From an uncultured Verrucomicrobiae bacterium (lineage in GTDB: Bacteria > Verrucomicrobiota > Verrucomicrobiia > Limisphaerales > UBA11358): 64,000 nt of DNA. Positions 1-9,332 of the stretch are shown here, piece after piece (position 1 is the first letter of the stretch; each line of letters begins with the position of its first letter). The DNA lies in assembly GCA_963719075.1 (NCBI GenBank), contig CAVRAN010000004.1:2861-66860 (forward strand). The letters run 5' to 3'. The notes beneath the pieces are model-generated. The model searched no databases, was not told the DNA's origin, and saw nothing but the letters and a program-made list of their open reading frames with translations. Made by a program: the position numbers and the translations under genes.

Positions 1-249
1 GCGGTTGAAAAAAGGATTTTGAGTGTGATTGTGAGGCGGTAAATCAAGAATAAATCCATAAGCTGCACACGCCCATTCTGCCGCACAGTGGAGAAATGAA
101 TTTCGATCCGAACTTTCCAGTGTGTCGAATAATTTTAAGTTACGCCAAACGCGCGTATCTGGAATTCGCTTCAAACGTGACCAATTTGAATCCCGTTCAG
201 AATCAAGTTCGGTTCTAAAAAAAGAAATAAGTTGTTCGATTGATGGCAT
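1..249 (-). CDS. hypothetical protein, N-terminal 83 codons only (ORF leaves the window at position 1)
   Basis: ATG at 249..247 is followed by 83 sense codons without a stop (MPSIEQLISFFRTELDSERDSNWSRLKRIPDTRVW...). The region is AT-richer than adjacent moeZ. It is absent from the supplied track because no stop lies inside the window. No family recognised. Confidence 0.3.
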   Translation of the reverse strand, partial: MPSIEQLISFFRTELDSERDSNWSRLKRIPDTRVWRNLKLFDTLESSDRNSFLHCAAEWACAAYGFILDLPPHNHTQNPFFNR

Positions 250-316
250 ACAGCATTTTCTTTATTCATTTTGCGCCGCTTGATTTCTTTCACCGCTGCA
301 TTACTATACTTTCCCT

Positions 317-1469
317 TTGATTATGGAATTGAACAATGACGAAATCCGCCGTTACTCGCGGCACCTGATTCTGCCCGAAGTCGGTCTGGCCGGCCAAAAG
401 AAAATCAAGGCCGCGAGCGTCCTGTGCATCGGCGCGGGCGGTCTCGGCTCGCCCATCGCCATGTATCTCGCCGCCGCCGGCATCGGCAAGATCGGCATCG
501 TGGATTTCGACACGGTGGATTTTTCCAACCTGCAACGGCAGATTCTCCACACGGACGCGGACGTGGGCCGCTCGAAGGCCGAGTCGGCCAAGGAAACGAT
601 CCGCGGCATCAATCCGCATTGCGAAGTCGTCATCCACAACACGCGCATCTCGTCCGAAAACGCGCTCGACCTCATCCGGCCTTACGACATCGTCGTGGAC
701 GGCACGGATAATTTCCCGACGCGCTATCTCACGAACGACGCCTGCGTGCTTTTGAAAAAGCCGAATGTCTATGGCTCGATTTTCCGTTTCGAGGGACAGG
801 CGAGCGTGTTCGCGCCGCATCTGGGCGGACCGTGTTATCGCTGTCTTTATCCCGAACCGCCGCCGCCCGGCATGGTGCCGAGTTGCGCGGAAGGCGGCGT
901 GCTCGGCGTGTTGCCCGGCATCATCGGCTGCATCCAGGCGACGGAAATTTTGAAGCTCGCCATCGGCAAAGGAAATTTGCTCGTCGGCCGTTTGCTGTTG
1001 TTCAACGCGCTCGACATGAAGTTCCGCGAATTGAAATTGCGCCGCGACCCGGCGTGTCCCGTTTGCGGCGATCATCCGACGATCAAGGAATTGATTGATT
1101 ACGAAGTTTTTTGCGGCATCGAACCGACGCCCGTGGACAATGGCAATCCCGACGAAGTGACCGTGCAGGAAATGAAGCGCGCGCTGGACGATCCGAAGCT
1201 CGGCATCAAGGTGATTGACGTGCGCGAGCCGTTTGAATACGAAATCGCGCACATCGAAGGCGTGCCGCTGCTGCCGATGAGCGAATTGCAAAATCGTTTC
1301 ACGGAGCTTGACCCGAACACGCAATATTATCTGCACTGCAAAGTCGGCGTCGCGCTCGCTGTCCGCGTTGAGTTTTCTGCGCGAACAAGGATTCAAATAC
1401 GTCAAGAGCGTCAAAGGCGGCATCAACGCGTGGTCGGATGAAATTGACCGCAACGTGCCGAGGTATTGA
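317..1469 (+). pseudogene. moeZ: MoeZ/MoeB-type ThiF-family adenylyltransferase with C-terminal rhodanese domain; one frame break in the rhodanese active-site loop (indel error or true frameshift)
   Basis: Contains RYSRHLILPEVG..IGAGGLGSP nucleotide-binding motif and CYRC and CPVC cysteine pairs, then a rhodanese part (VIDVREPFEYEIAHIEG). Track ORF 317..1441 ends in nonsense (CKVGVALAVRVEF). Shifting +1 at the aaa run 1340-1342 gives HC-KSASRS-LSALSFLREQGFKYVKSVKGGINAWSDEIDRNVPRY with a stop at 1467-1469. ATG 323 is an alternative to TTG 317. Confidence 0.85.
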
Positions 1470-2033
1470 AGTCCTGCGGACTATGAGTTTTGCGACATTG
1501 GTTTCGAATCAACTGTGACGTAAGTTGCTCGGCAGAAGAAAAGCTGCGAATTGAAGATCTCTGCTAGAACGTGAGCTTATTGAAACACGCCGTCGCGAGA
1601 TAACCAGCAAAACGGACAGCTGCAGCTTGGAAGCAATTGAAGCTGCTGGCCAAGTTGCAGTTATCTACAGTTCCGATACAGCGAATTGAACAATCCACAA
1701 TGCGTGCGCTCGAATGACTGAAATCACTCTCTAGTATGCTGTGTTTCATGTTGCGCTGTTCGAAAAACTGTATTGGACGGCAAAAAGAATCTTGCGAAGA
1801 AGAATTCTGCGCAGCGGACTGCAAATTTTCGCGACAACGATCCGTTCGATTTGCAGTATTGCAGAATTGCTGGTAATTACGTTGTCCGGTGGAATTGGCG
1901 ACGAGCTATTGCAGGTTCTCTATTGGATAACGATCATTCAGCGTTCGTCCTGTCAGTTCGCCTCAAAAAGCGTTGCGACGCACGTGTTTCAAGACATCGG
2001 CACATCACGATCGAAGATTTTTCTTTTCAGAAC

Positions 2034-2522
2034 ATGACCGACGATCTGCAAAAACGCATTCAAGCCGCGCTCGCCAATCCGCAAAACATGGGCGAGATGG
2101 CGGGCGCGGATTCCATCGGCACGGTCGGCAACGCCGATTGCGGCGAGATGCTGCGGCTGTGGGTGAAGTTCAAGCAGCAGGACGGCAAGCGCGTCATTGA
2201 CCGCGCGACGTTCCAATCCTTCGGCTGCGAAACCGCCATCGCCGTCGCCAGCCTCGCGACGGAATTGATCCGCGGCAAAACCGCCGAGGAAGCGCTCGCG
2301 CTCAAGACCGAGGAACTCGCCGGCGAACTCGGCCCGCTGCCGCCGATGAAAATCCATTGCGCCCAGCTCGTCGAAGGCGCGCTGCGTTCCGCGCTCGAAC
2401 CGCAAAATGCGGAAACGAAAATTGAAAAATCTCCCGCGCCAAATTCCGGCTCAAATCTGCTCGACAGTTTTTCCAAGCCGAAAGACGGCGTGAAGTTGAC
2501 TTTTCTGGACGAGGCCAATTAA
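2034..2522 (+). CDS. IscU/NifU-N-terminal-like Fe-S cluster scaffold protein
   Basis: [10 protein letters not shown]...[16 protein letters not shown]...[11 protein letters not shown]...[13 protein letters not shown] carries the three conserved scaffold cysteines. ATG 2034 was chosen as start. The frame stays open upstream to TTG 1773 (track ORF), but that extension has no scaffold-like sequence. Confidence 0.75.
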   Translation: MTDDLQKRIQAALANPQNMGEMAGADSIGTVGNADCGEMLRLWVKFKQQDGKRVIDRATFQSFGCETAIAVASLATELIRGKTAEEALALKTEELAGELGPLPPMKIHCAQLVEGALRSALEPQNAETKIEKSPAPNSGSNLLDSFSKPKDGVKLTFLDEAN

Positions 2523-2547
2523 AGTTAATCACGAAAGGAAACCAATC

Positions 2548-3025
2548 GTGAAAATACCCATCCTGGAAGAGTTCAGGGAGTTTGCGTTGCGCGGCAATGT
2601 CGCCGACCTCGCCGTCGGCGTCATCATCGGCGCGGCGTTTGGCAACATCGTCAATTCGCTGGTGAAGGACATCATCATGCCGCCCATCGCCACCCTCATC
2701 GGCAATATTGATTTCACCAACCTTTATTTTCCGTTGTCCGAAAAAGTCCGGCAGGCGCAAGAAGCTTACGAAGCCGCTCCGGCAACCTCCGGTCGGCCAC
2801 CTGCCGCTGACTTTGGCGCAAACAGCCGGGCCGGTGCTCGCGTGGGGCGATTTCGTCACCATCACGCTGAATTTTCTCATCGTGGCGTTTTGCATTTTTC
2901 TGCTGGTGAAAGGCATGAACGCGCTCAAGCGCCATGAAGAAGCGAAGCCCACGCTGCCGCCCGAACCGACCGCGCAGGAAAAACTCCTGACCGAAATCCG
3001 CGACCTGCTCAAGAGCCGGGCGTGA
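2548..3025 (+). pseudogene. mscL: large-conductance mechanosensitive channel MscL, one apparent frameshift
   Basis: The N-terminal half is in ORF 2548..2937 ([40 protein letters not shown]). The C-terminal half is in the +1 frame ORF 2708..3025 ([29 protein letters not shown]...LLTEIRDLLKSRA). Both halves are canonical MscL. The join must lie between about 2745 and 2815. Confidence 0.85.
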
Positions 3026-3031
3026 TTTAAT

Positions 3032-3103
3032 TTTGCCACAGAGTCACAGAGACGCAGAGAACGGGAAATAAATTTTTCAAATCGGTGTCTCGTCTGTGGC
3101 AAA
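3032..3103. repeat. palindromic REP-like element, GCCACAGAG family, copy 1
   Basis: TTGCCACAGAGTCACAGAGACGCAGAGAAC, an A/T loop, then TCGGTGTCTCGTCTGTGGCAA. It exactly fills the gap between convergent mscL and rnc. Confidence 0.75.
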
Positions 3104-3827
3104 TCAATTTTTTGGTTCTTCCCGCAATTTTTTCAACGCCGCCAGCGCCGCATCGCTCTCGGCGGCTTTTTTGCTTTTGCCGCGACCGCGCGCGAGTTCG
3201 ACGCCTTCGTGCTGCACGATGCATTCAAACACGCGGTCGTGATCCGGGCCGGTGGCGGAAACGGTTTGATATTCCGGCGCGTTCGGCGAACGCGATTGCA
3301 ACAATTCCTGCAACTCGCCCTTCGGATTTTCGATGCCGGACGATTCGGCCAGCGTGCTGAAATCGGCGGCGAACTCGCGCAAAATAAATTCGCGCGCCGC
3401 GTCAAATCCGCCGTCCAAAAAAATCGCGCCGAGCAGCGATTCAAACGTGTCCGCCAAGGCCGAGGCGCGTTCGCGTCCGCCGCTCGTTTCTTCGCCGCGG
3501 CTCAAAATCAGATGCGCGCCGAGATTCAATCTTGCGCGCGTGCTCGGCGAGCGAACTGGCGTTGACCAGTTTTGCGCGTGATTTTGTGAGCACGCCTTCG
3601 TCCGCGTCGGGAAATTTTTCAAAAAGTTTTTGCGACAAGACCAGTCCCAAAACCGAATCGCCGAGAAATTCCAGCCGCTGATTGTGTTCGCTCGCCACGC
3701 CGCTTTCGTGCGCGACGGACGGATGCGTGAGCGCGAGGCGCAAGAAGATTTTCGTCGCGAAAATTATATGCGAGACGATTTTGAAGATGCGGTCAATGAC
3801 ATCGCGAATTTTTTGCCACAGAGACAC
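3104..3827 (-). pseudogene. rnc: ribonuclease III, one apparent frameshift
   Basis: The RNase III signature QRLEFLGDSVLGLVLS is in ORF 3441..3827. The rest (ALADTFESLLGAIFLDGG, GPDHDRVFECIV, GRGKSKKAAESDAA dsRBD) is in ORF 3104..3622. The frames meet near 3525-3545. The ATG at 3827 lies inside REP copy 2, so the start is uncertain. Confidence 0.85.
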
Positions 3828-3885
3828 AGAGACACCGAGTTAAATTTAATTTTATTTCTCTGCGCCTCTGTGAGCTCTGTGGCAG
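3812..3885. repeat. palindromic REP-like element, GCCACAGAG family, copy 2 (inverted relative to copies 1 and 3)
   Basis: TTGCCACAGAGACACAGAGACACCGAG, a loop, then TTCTCTGCGCCTCTGTGAGCTCTGTGGCAG. This matches the reverse complement of copy 3. Confidence 0.75.
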
Positions 3886-4480
3886 AAATCATGCAATTTT
3901 CCGCTGGAATTTCGGCAGGTTTGCGCAACCGTCTTCCAACACATTTTCACTTTGCGCGGCACAGCCGGATTCACTCCCTGTTCCAGCAACATCGCCACGT
4001 CGCGCTGGACTTCTTCGAGTTGATCCAGGCGCAGGTTCGGGTCGGCGATGGTGAAGATGTCGCCGGTCTTCGGCTGCTCGTAGATGAACACGCGCTGGCC
4101 GTCGCGGACGATCTGTTCCTTCACCTTGAGGATGCGTTTGCGTTCGAGCATCACGGCGAGGATGTAACCGGCGGCGGCGTGGCGCGGATCATTTTGCTCG
4201 ATCAATTTGCGCAACACCGTTTCCGCCGTGTCTTTCTGGATCGCGTCCACCTGCGGCGCGGGCGCTTCGTAAATTCCCTGCCAGTGCGAGATGAAACCCT
4301 TGCGTTCGCGCGCGCCGTCGCTGAACTGGTTCTGCCAGCACGCCTCGCAGATGTCGGAGCGGCGCAAATCTTCCGCGCGCTCGTCGAAGAGCAGCGTGTG
4401 GAAAAGTTCGCTGGTCGGCGAAATGGCTGGCCGCAGGCTTCGCAGGCGTGGGCGCGGGACTGGATGTTCCATTCGTTCAT
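3852..4480 (-). pseudogene. conserved hypothetical protein with two CxxC pairs (CEAC, CEAC), one apparent frameshift
   Basis: MNEWNIQSRAHACEACGQPF is in ORF 4202..4510 (ATG 4480). It continues as FHTLLFDERAEDLRRSDICEACWQNQFSDG...ILAVMLERKRILKVK in ORF 3852..4499. Lengthening the aaaa run 4402-4405 by one base joins the frames. The last ~11 codons and the stop come from REP copy 2. Confidence 0.6.
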
Positions 4481-4493
4481 GGGCAGGGAATTT

Positions 4494-4622
4494 AGCCACA
4501 GATTGAACACAGATGAAACACAGATTTTGAAGAAAAAATTCCGAATTTTGCCACCGAGACGCAGAGGCGCAGAGAATGGAAATGAATTTTTAACCTCGGT
4601 GTCTCTGTGCCTCTGTGGCCAA
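4494..4622. repeat. REP-like elements: CACAGAT-type half copy (4494-4532) plus GCCACAGAG-family copy 3 (4547-4622)
   Basis: AGCCACAGATTGAACACAGATGAAACACAGATTTTG is followed by TTGCCACCGAGACGCAGAGGCGCAGAGAAT, a loop, then TCGGTGTCTCTGTGCCTCTGTGGCCA. Confidence 0.7.
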
Positions 4623-4625
4623 TCT

Positions 4626-4850
4626 TCAGTTTGCGAAATCGAAATCCGAGCAGCTCATGAAATAATGGCAGCGCGGACAACGCAGCTTGCACTTCTCGTT
4701 GATCAACTCATGCCCGCATTGCAGGCAAAACCGCCAATGCTCGCCGGAAATATTTTTGGCCGATGGCGCGGGGCAAATGTCGGTCACAAATTTTTCCTGT
4801 TTGGGTTTAGCTTTCAAGTCGTGGTGTTCAATCGGTTTGCGTTCGGTCAA
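4626..4850 (-). CDS. small Cys-rich zinc-ribbon protein (74 aa)
   Basis: The ORF contains FCLQCGHELINEKCKLRCPRCHYFMSCSD (CxxC...CxxC). Its ATG overlaps the stop of the upstream 266-aa ORF in ATGA (4847-4850). Confidence 0.5.
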   Translation of the reverse strand: MTERKPIEHHDLKAKPKQEKFVTDICPAPSAKNISGEHWRFCLQCGHELINEKCKLRCPRCHYFMSCSDFDFAN

Positions 4851-5647
4851 TATGCAGATGTTTGGAGCATATCGTCCGGCGTATAAAGACGAGCTATGTC
4901 CAAAACTTTAATAATCATATAACCATTCTTCCGCAGTATAATTTCAGTCGGAGCATTTCCGTCCATAAAAAAGTGCCACTGATAGCCTCCCATAATAAAA
5001 CGAACGATTTTGTTATGCTCAAAAGGAAAAGAAACCACTCCAAAATTTTCACTGGTCAATCCGTCCAAAAATTCCATAGCGCAGGGAACTAGGCATTCAT
5101 CAAGTTTTCCGCTCAAAAGCCCGAGCCTCATTTGCTCTGTCGTTGCGGCAGTGGCCTGCACATTTTTGAAGGCGTTTCCATTTGCGACACAAGCCCGCCA
5201 AATAGTACCTATTTGAAACTGCTTTAACTTTTCATAATCAACCCAACGCATATCAAGTCCTTCCCTGATGACTTGTTTTCTTTGTGTTACATATCGGTAG
5301 CGGCGATGGCTTCTATAAGGTTGGGTGTGCTTTCTTATCGGACCACGCCCATACAAACATTCTTTTGCATAATCTTCGCCCACTTTAAGAATCTTCTCAC
5401 AATCTTCACATAACAGATATTCCTTGAAGCCTTCTTGCATCAAAACATTGCCCTTCTGCTTGCAATAAATTCGTCCGGTAGTTTCCCAATCAATAAGAGA
5501 CAGGTGCGGTTGACTTTGGCTGTGTTTGCCAGTTGGAATTTGCTCCTCGACTTGCTTAAGCAAAAAATCGGGAATGATATGAGATTTAACCAACGGTTTC
5601 TTTAACTGACATAAAGCACACGGCTTAATTGGTCGTTTATTTTTCAA
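4847..5647 (-). CDS. hypothetical protein (266 aa), AT-rich, C10xxC13...S-H23-IIP...C80xxC83 motif; no family recognised
   Basis: An uninterrupted 266-codon ORF in the most AT-rich stretch of the first 9 kb (about 40 percent GC by eye, against about 60 in the flanks). It is translationally coupled to the 74-aa ORF. Confidence 0.6.
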   Translation of the reverse strand: MKNKRPIKPCALCQLKKPLVKSHIIPDFLLKQVEEQIPTGKHSQSQPHLSLIDWETTGRIYCKQKGNVLMQEGFKEYLLCEDCEKILKVGEDYAKECLYGRGPIRKHTQPYRSHRRYRYVTQRKQVIREGLDMRWVDYEKLKQFQIGTIWRACVANGNAFKNVQATAATTEQMRLGLLSGKLDECLVPCAMEFLDGLTSENFGVVSFPFEHNKIVRFIMGGYQWHFFMDGNAPTEIILRKNGYMIIKVLDIARLYTPDDMLQTSAY

Positions 5648-6307
5648 TTGGAAATTTTTTACTGCGTCCTTCCAAATTTTTTCTCCAGTTCGCGGTAATT
5701 CATTTCAATCAGCGTCGGGCGGCCGTGCGGACAGGTGTAGGGCATCGCGCAGCGGCGCAAATCCTCGACGAGATTTTCCAGTTCCGCGCCGCCGAGCGGG
5801 TCGTTGGCCTTCACCGCGTGGCGGCAGACGGTCTTGGCCACGGTGTGTTCGCCGAGCCGCGCGAGATTCACCTCGCGGCCGGCGGCGCGCAATTCGTCCA
5901 CGAGGTCGAACACAAACCGGCGCGGGTCGGCGGCCTTCACGAACGGCGGCAGCGCATCGAGCAGAAACGTCCGCTCGCCAAATTCGCTCAAGCCGACGCC
6001 GAGCTTGCGTCAGCGCGACAAGTTGTTCGCGCAAAAACTGCGCGTCGCGCGGCGGCAGTTCAATCGTCTCCGGCAATAATAATTTTTGCGACGGCGCAAA
6101 ACTGTTTTGCTTCGAGGCGGTTCAGCATCTGCTCGAACAAAATCCGTTCGTGCGCCGCGTGCTGGTCGAGCAAGCACGAGTCCGCGATCCGATTCGAGCA
6201 GCACATAAAGTTTGCCGACGACGCCGACGAGGCGCAGCGGGACGTTGAGCAGCGGCGTCGCGCTGAAGTCGGAGGTCGGAGAGTCGAGAGTTGGGGAAGC
6301 ATCTGCA

Positions 6308-6340
<33 letters not shown>

Positions 6341-6510
6341 AATTTCAGTCGAGGGCTTTCGCGTTTCAACTTTGGGCGGCAATGCCGATGAAAAGCCCAT
6401 TTTCAAAGGCGTTTGTGCGGCTGGAGAAATTTGCGGCGGAGTTGTCGGCGACGGTTTTAATTTTTCTGGAAAATTCGGCAGCGCGGGCGCGGAAAATTCC
6501 GGTGTTGAAG

Positions 6511-6547
6511 TTTCGAAGTCTCTGTGCGCTTGTGACTCTGTGGCGAA
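6511..6547. repeat. half copy of the GCCACAGAG-family element embedded in the mutL linker
   Basis: TTTCGAAGTCTCTGTGCGCTTGTGACTCTGTGGCGAA matches the right arm of copies 1 and 3. The upstream 60 nt resemble a degenerate loop and left arm. Confidence 0.55.
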
Positions 6548-6563
6548 CTTTGCTTGACTGGTT

Positions 6564-6584
6564 CGGACTTTGGACTTTGGACTC
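6564..6584. repeat. heptanucleotide tandem repeat (TGGACTT-like) x3 inside mutL
   Basis: cggactt tggactt tggactc. Confidence 0.8.
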
Positions 6585-6887
6585 TTGCCCGTGAAACGCG
6601 AGCAACGTTTCTTTCACGGCTTGCGCGACGAATTTTCGGATTTCAAATTCGCGGTGAAATTTCACCTCGCGCTTGGCGGGATGGATGTTCACGTCCACGG
6701 CGGCGGGATCAATTTCCAGAAACAGACAGCAGACCGGATAGCGGCCTTTCATCAGCGCGTTGTGATAGCCCTCGATGAGCGCGTAATTGACGCCGCGATT
6801 TTCCACGGGCCGGCGGTTCACAAAAACAAACTGGCCGTCGCGCGTCGCGCGCGAGACGCCGGGCGAACCGATCAAACCCCAAATTTG

Positions 6888-6922
6888 AATTTGCGATTTG
6901 CGATTTACGATTTCGGATTTTT
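6888..6922. repeat. imperfect heptanucleotide tandem repeat (GATTTNC) x5 inside mutL
   Basis: aatttgc gatttgc gatttac gatttcg gattttt. The coding strand reads GAAATCGTAAATCGCAAATCGCAAAT (peptide SEIVNRKSQIQI). Confidence 0.8.
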
Positions 6923-7720
6923 CCGGCAGCGCGGTCTCGAAAGAAATTTCGGTTTCTTCGGGCCGGAAATTTTCTTCGAGCGACGCGGAAAAATTCACGG
7001 GCAAAAGTTTTTCGTCGCCGAGCAGCGCGCGGAAGCGTTCGCGCAAAGCTTCGATGCGGCTGGAAGTGGCCGCGCCGGATTTGACGGCGGGCAGTTGCCA
7101 GACGTTGCGGCCATCTTTGACGAACGTGAACGCGACTTCGGGAAACGCGAGCGCGGCGAGCGTGAGATAATGCTGGATGTGCGCGGCCTCGGTTTCTTCC
7201 GTGCGCAAAAATTTTCGGCGCGCGGGCAGGTTGAAAAACAATTGCCGCACTTCGATGCTCGTGCCGGTCGCGCTGCCGGCGGCTTTGACTTCGGAAATTT
7301 TTCCGCCGGCGATGATGATTTGCGTGCCTTCGGGCGAATCACTTTCGCGTTCGCGCGTCGTCAAAATAAAACGGCTGACGCTGGCGATGCTCGGCAGCGC
7401 TTCGCCGCGAAAACCCATCGTGGCGATGGACGCCAAATCTTCCGCGCGCTGAATTTTGCTCGTCGCGTGGCGTTCGAGACAAAGCAGCGCGTCATCGCGG
7501 CTCATGCCGAAGCCGTCGTCGGTCACGCGAATCAAGCTGCGTCCGCCCGCGCCGATTTCGACGGTGATTTTTTTGGCGTCGGCGTCGAGGGAATTTTCGA
7601 CGAGTTCTTTCACGACGCTGGCGGGACGTTCGACCACTTCGCCGGCGGCGATCTGGTTGGCGACTTGTTCGGAAAGAAGTTTGATGCGGTTCACGTTGAA
7701 ACGATTCTACGGTTCAACGG

Positions 7721-8824
7721 TCATTTCGCCAGCGGCAGCGAGAAACAAAAAATCGCGCCGCGCTTCGGCTCGCTGCGCGTCCAGATGCGGCCTTTGTGAT
7801 CCTCGATGATTTTTTTGCAGATGGAAAGGCCGAGGCCGGTGCCGTGGGATTTGCCGTGCGTGGCGAAGGGCTGGAAAAGTTTGTCGGCGATTTCGGGCGC
7901 GATGCCGGGGCCGGTGTCCTCGATTTCGGTGACGATTTCTTTTTCGTCGGCATTGAAGCGCAGGAAAATTTTGCCGCCGTTGGGCATCACATCGGTGGCG
8001 TTGTGGACGAGGTTGTAAAAGACACGGCGCAAGCGGCGCGGATCAAACGGCATGAAAACGGCGGGCGGAACATTTTCAATTTCGATGCGCGCGGCTTTGA
8101 GTTCGGCCTCGGCGCGGAGGTCGGCGGCCAATTCAAGGACGAAGGCGCGGTAATCGGCGGGCTTGGCCTGCCGGTCTTTCCGTTCGCCTTCGCGTGAAAA
8201 TCGAGGATGTCGCCGACCATGTCGTTGATGCGCTCGACCTGTTTCTGATGCGCGCCTGCGTCTGCGCGCGGATTTCGGGGCGGATGTTGGGCATGTCAAA
8301 CATCTCGGCGGAAAGGCCGATGATGCTCAACGGATTTTTCAGATCGTGGACGATGGAGCGCGCGAAATTGCCGACGACGCGCGAGGCGTTCGGCCTGCGA
8401 TGACTTCGCGCAGGTGAAACTGGTTGAATTCGCGGAGGCGATGGCTGATCTGCTGCAGCAGATTGAACGCCAGCACGGGCGAGCGTTCGATGAGCGAAAG
8501 CATTTCGCCGCGCGGGATGAAATAAACTTCCGCGTCCTCGACCGCCGTGGCGGTGGCCGAGCGCGGGCGGTGTTCGATGACGGCCATCTCGCCGAAAATT
8601 TCCCCGTCGCCGAGTTGTGAAAAAACATGGCGCTTGCCGTCGCCGACCAGGCCGGAAATTTCCACGAGCCCGTCCTTGACAAAATAAACGCCGTCGCCGG
8701 GATCGCCTTCGCGGAAAATTTCCTGGCTGGGAGCCAGCCGCCGTTCCTGGGTGATGAAGCGCAACGCCTGCAATTCCTCGCGGTTGAGGCTGCGGAACAG
8801 GGCGATGGATTCGAGTCCGACCAC
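7721..8824 (-). pseudogene. sensor histidine kinase with N-terminal cyclic-nucleotide-binding domain, at least three frame breaks
   Basis: The cNMP-binding domain is in ORF 8339..8824 (FREGDPGDGVYFVKDGLVEI, GEIFGEMAVIE, RSATATAV). The H-box FARSIVHDLKNPL is in another frame around 8290-8390. The ATPase boxes (YNLVHNATDVMP, EIEDTGPGI, GTGLGLSICKKI) are in ORF 7721..8299. Breaks localise to about 8390-8400, ttt 8242-8244 and aaaa 8187-8190. Confidence 0.85.
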
Positions 8825-9088
8825 AAAACCAATTTATTGGAAAAAGCCGCCGCGTAAAGCCAAGAACACGCCCCCAAGCCATCGGACAGCCAATATCGAA
8901 CGATAACTTGTTGACAAAAAGTTGCGAAAACGTCACATTAATTTCATTCGGGTAGCAGCACGTTTCTTCAGCGGGGTTCCCCACCCCCACCTCCTTGGCG
9001 TCTGCTGCCCGGATTTTTTCAAACACGAAATCCCGAACCAAAACTTGACGCTGCCGGTAAACTTTTTTACCTTCACGTTCCCCATCGC

Positions 9089-9165
9089 GGGGGTGTAGCT
9101 CAATTGGTTAGAGCGCTGCCCTGTCACGGCAGAGGTTACGGGTTCGAGCCCCGCCACTCCCGCCA
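9089..9165 (+). tRNA. tRNA-Asp (anticodon GTC)
   Basis: Manual cloverleaf: acceptor GGGGGTG/CACTCCC (one G-T pair), D arm GCTC-AATTGGTTA-GAGC, anticodon arm CTGCC-CTGTCAC-GGCAG (GTC), variable AGGTT, T arm ACGGG-TTCGAGC-CCCGC, discriminator G and encoded CCA. Confidence 0.9.
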
Positions 9166-9196
9166 TTTTCCTGTTTATGACCCATTGCGTCAGGCA

Positions 9197-9288
9197 GGGT
9201 CAAAACGTGACTTTCGCCAATGATTGCAATGGTTTTATCTGATTTATCCCCGCCACTCACTGCGACAGGCAAAGTCACGTTTTGACCC
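9197..9288. repeat. inverted repeat (21-nt arms, 49-nt spacer) next to the tRNA; the spacer holds an 11-nt copy of the tRNA 3' arm
   Basis: GGGTCAAAACGTGACTTTCGCC (9197-9218) pairs with GGCAAAGTCACGTTTTGACCC (9268-9288). CCCCGCCACTC occurs at 9149-9159 (in the tRNA) and again at 9248-9258. Confidence 0.7.
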
Positions 9289-9332
9289 TCTGCGCCTAAA
9301 ATCTGTGAGGCTATTTGTGAGGCTCGCTCGCC

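Noticed and set aside
290-1453. Long antisense or alternative-frame ORFs in the track, for example 290-1453(-), 3630-4886(+), 6570-7799(+), 26312-27502(+), 42587-43477(-), 49186-50277(-), 56198-57427(-), 58508-59617(-) and 21078-21689(+).
   Set aside because: Each lies opposite or out of frame to a gene with unmistakable conserved motifs. Their translations are Arg/Ala/Gly-rich low-complexity strings, typical of shadow ORFs in GC-rich DNA.
1773-2033. 87-codon N-terminal extension of the IscU-like gene (track start at TTG 1773).
   Set aside because: The extension has no similarity to scaffold proteins, and a canonical ATG at 2034 gives a normal-length protein. The unusually long open frame is reported as a finding instead.
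8915-9060. Sigma70-like promoter for the tRNA (TTGACA at about 8920 and TTGACG at about 9044).
   Set aside because: Neither -35-like hexamer is followed by a convincing -10 at 16-18 nt spacing, so it is not annotated.
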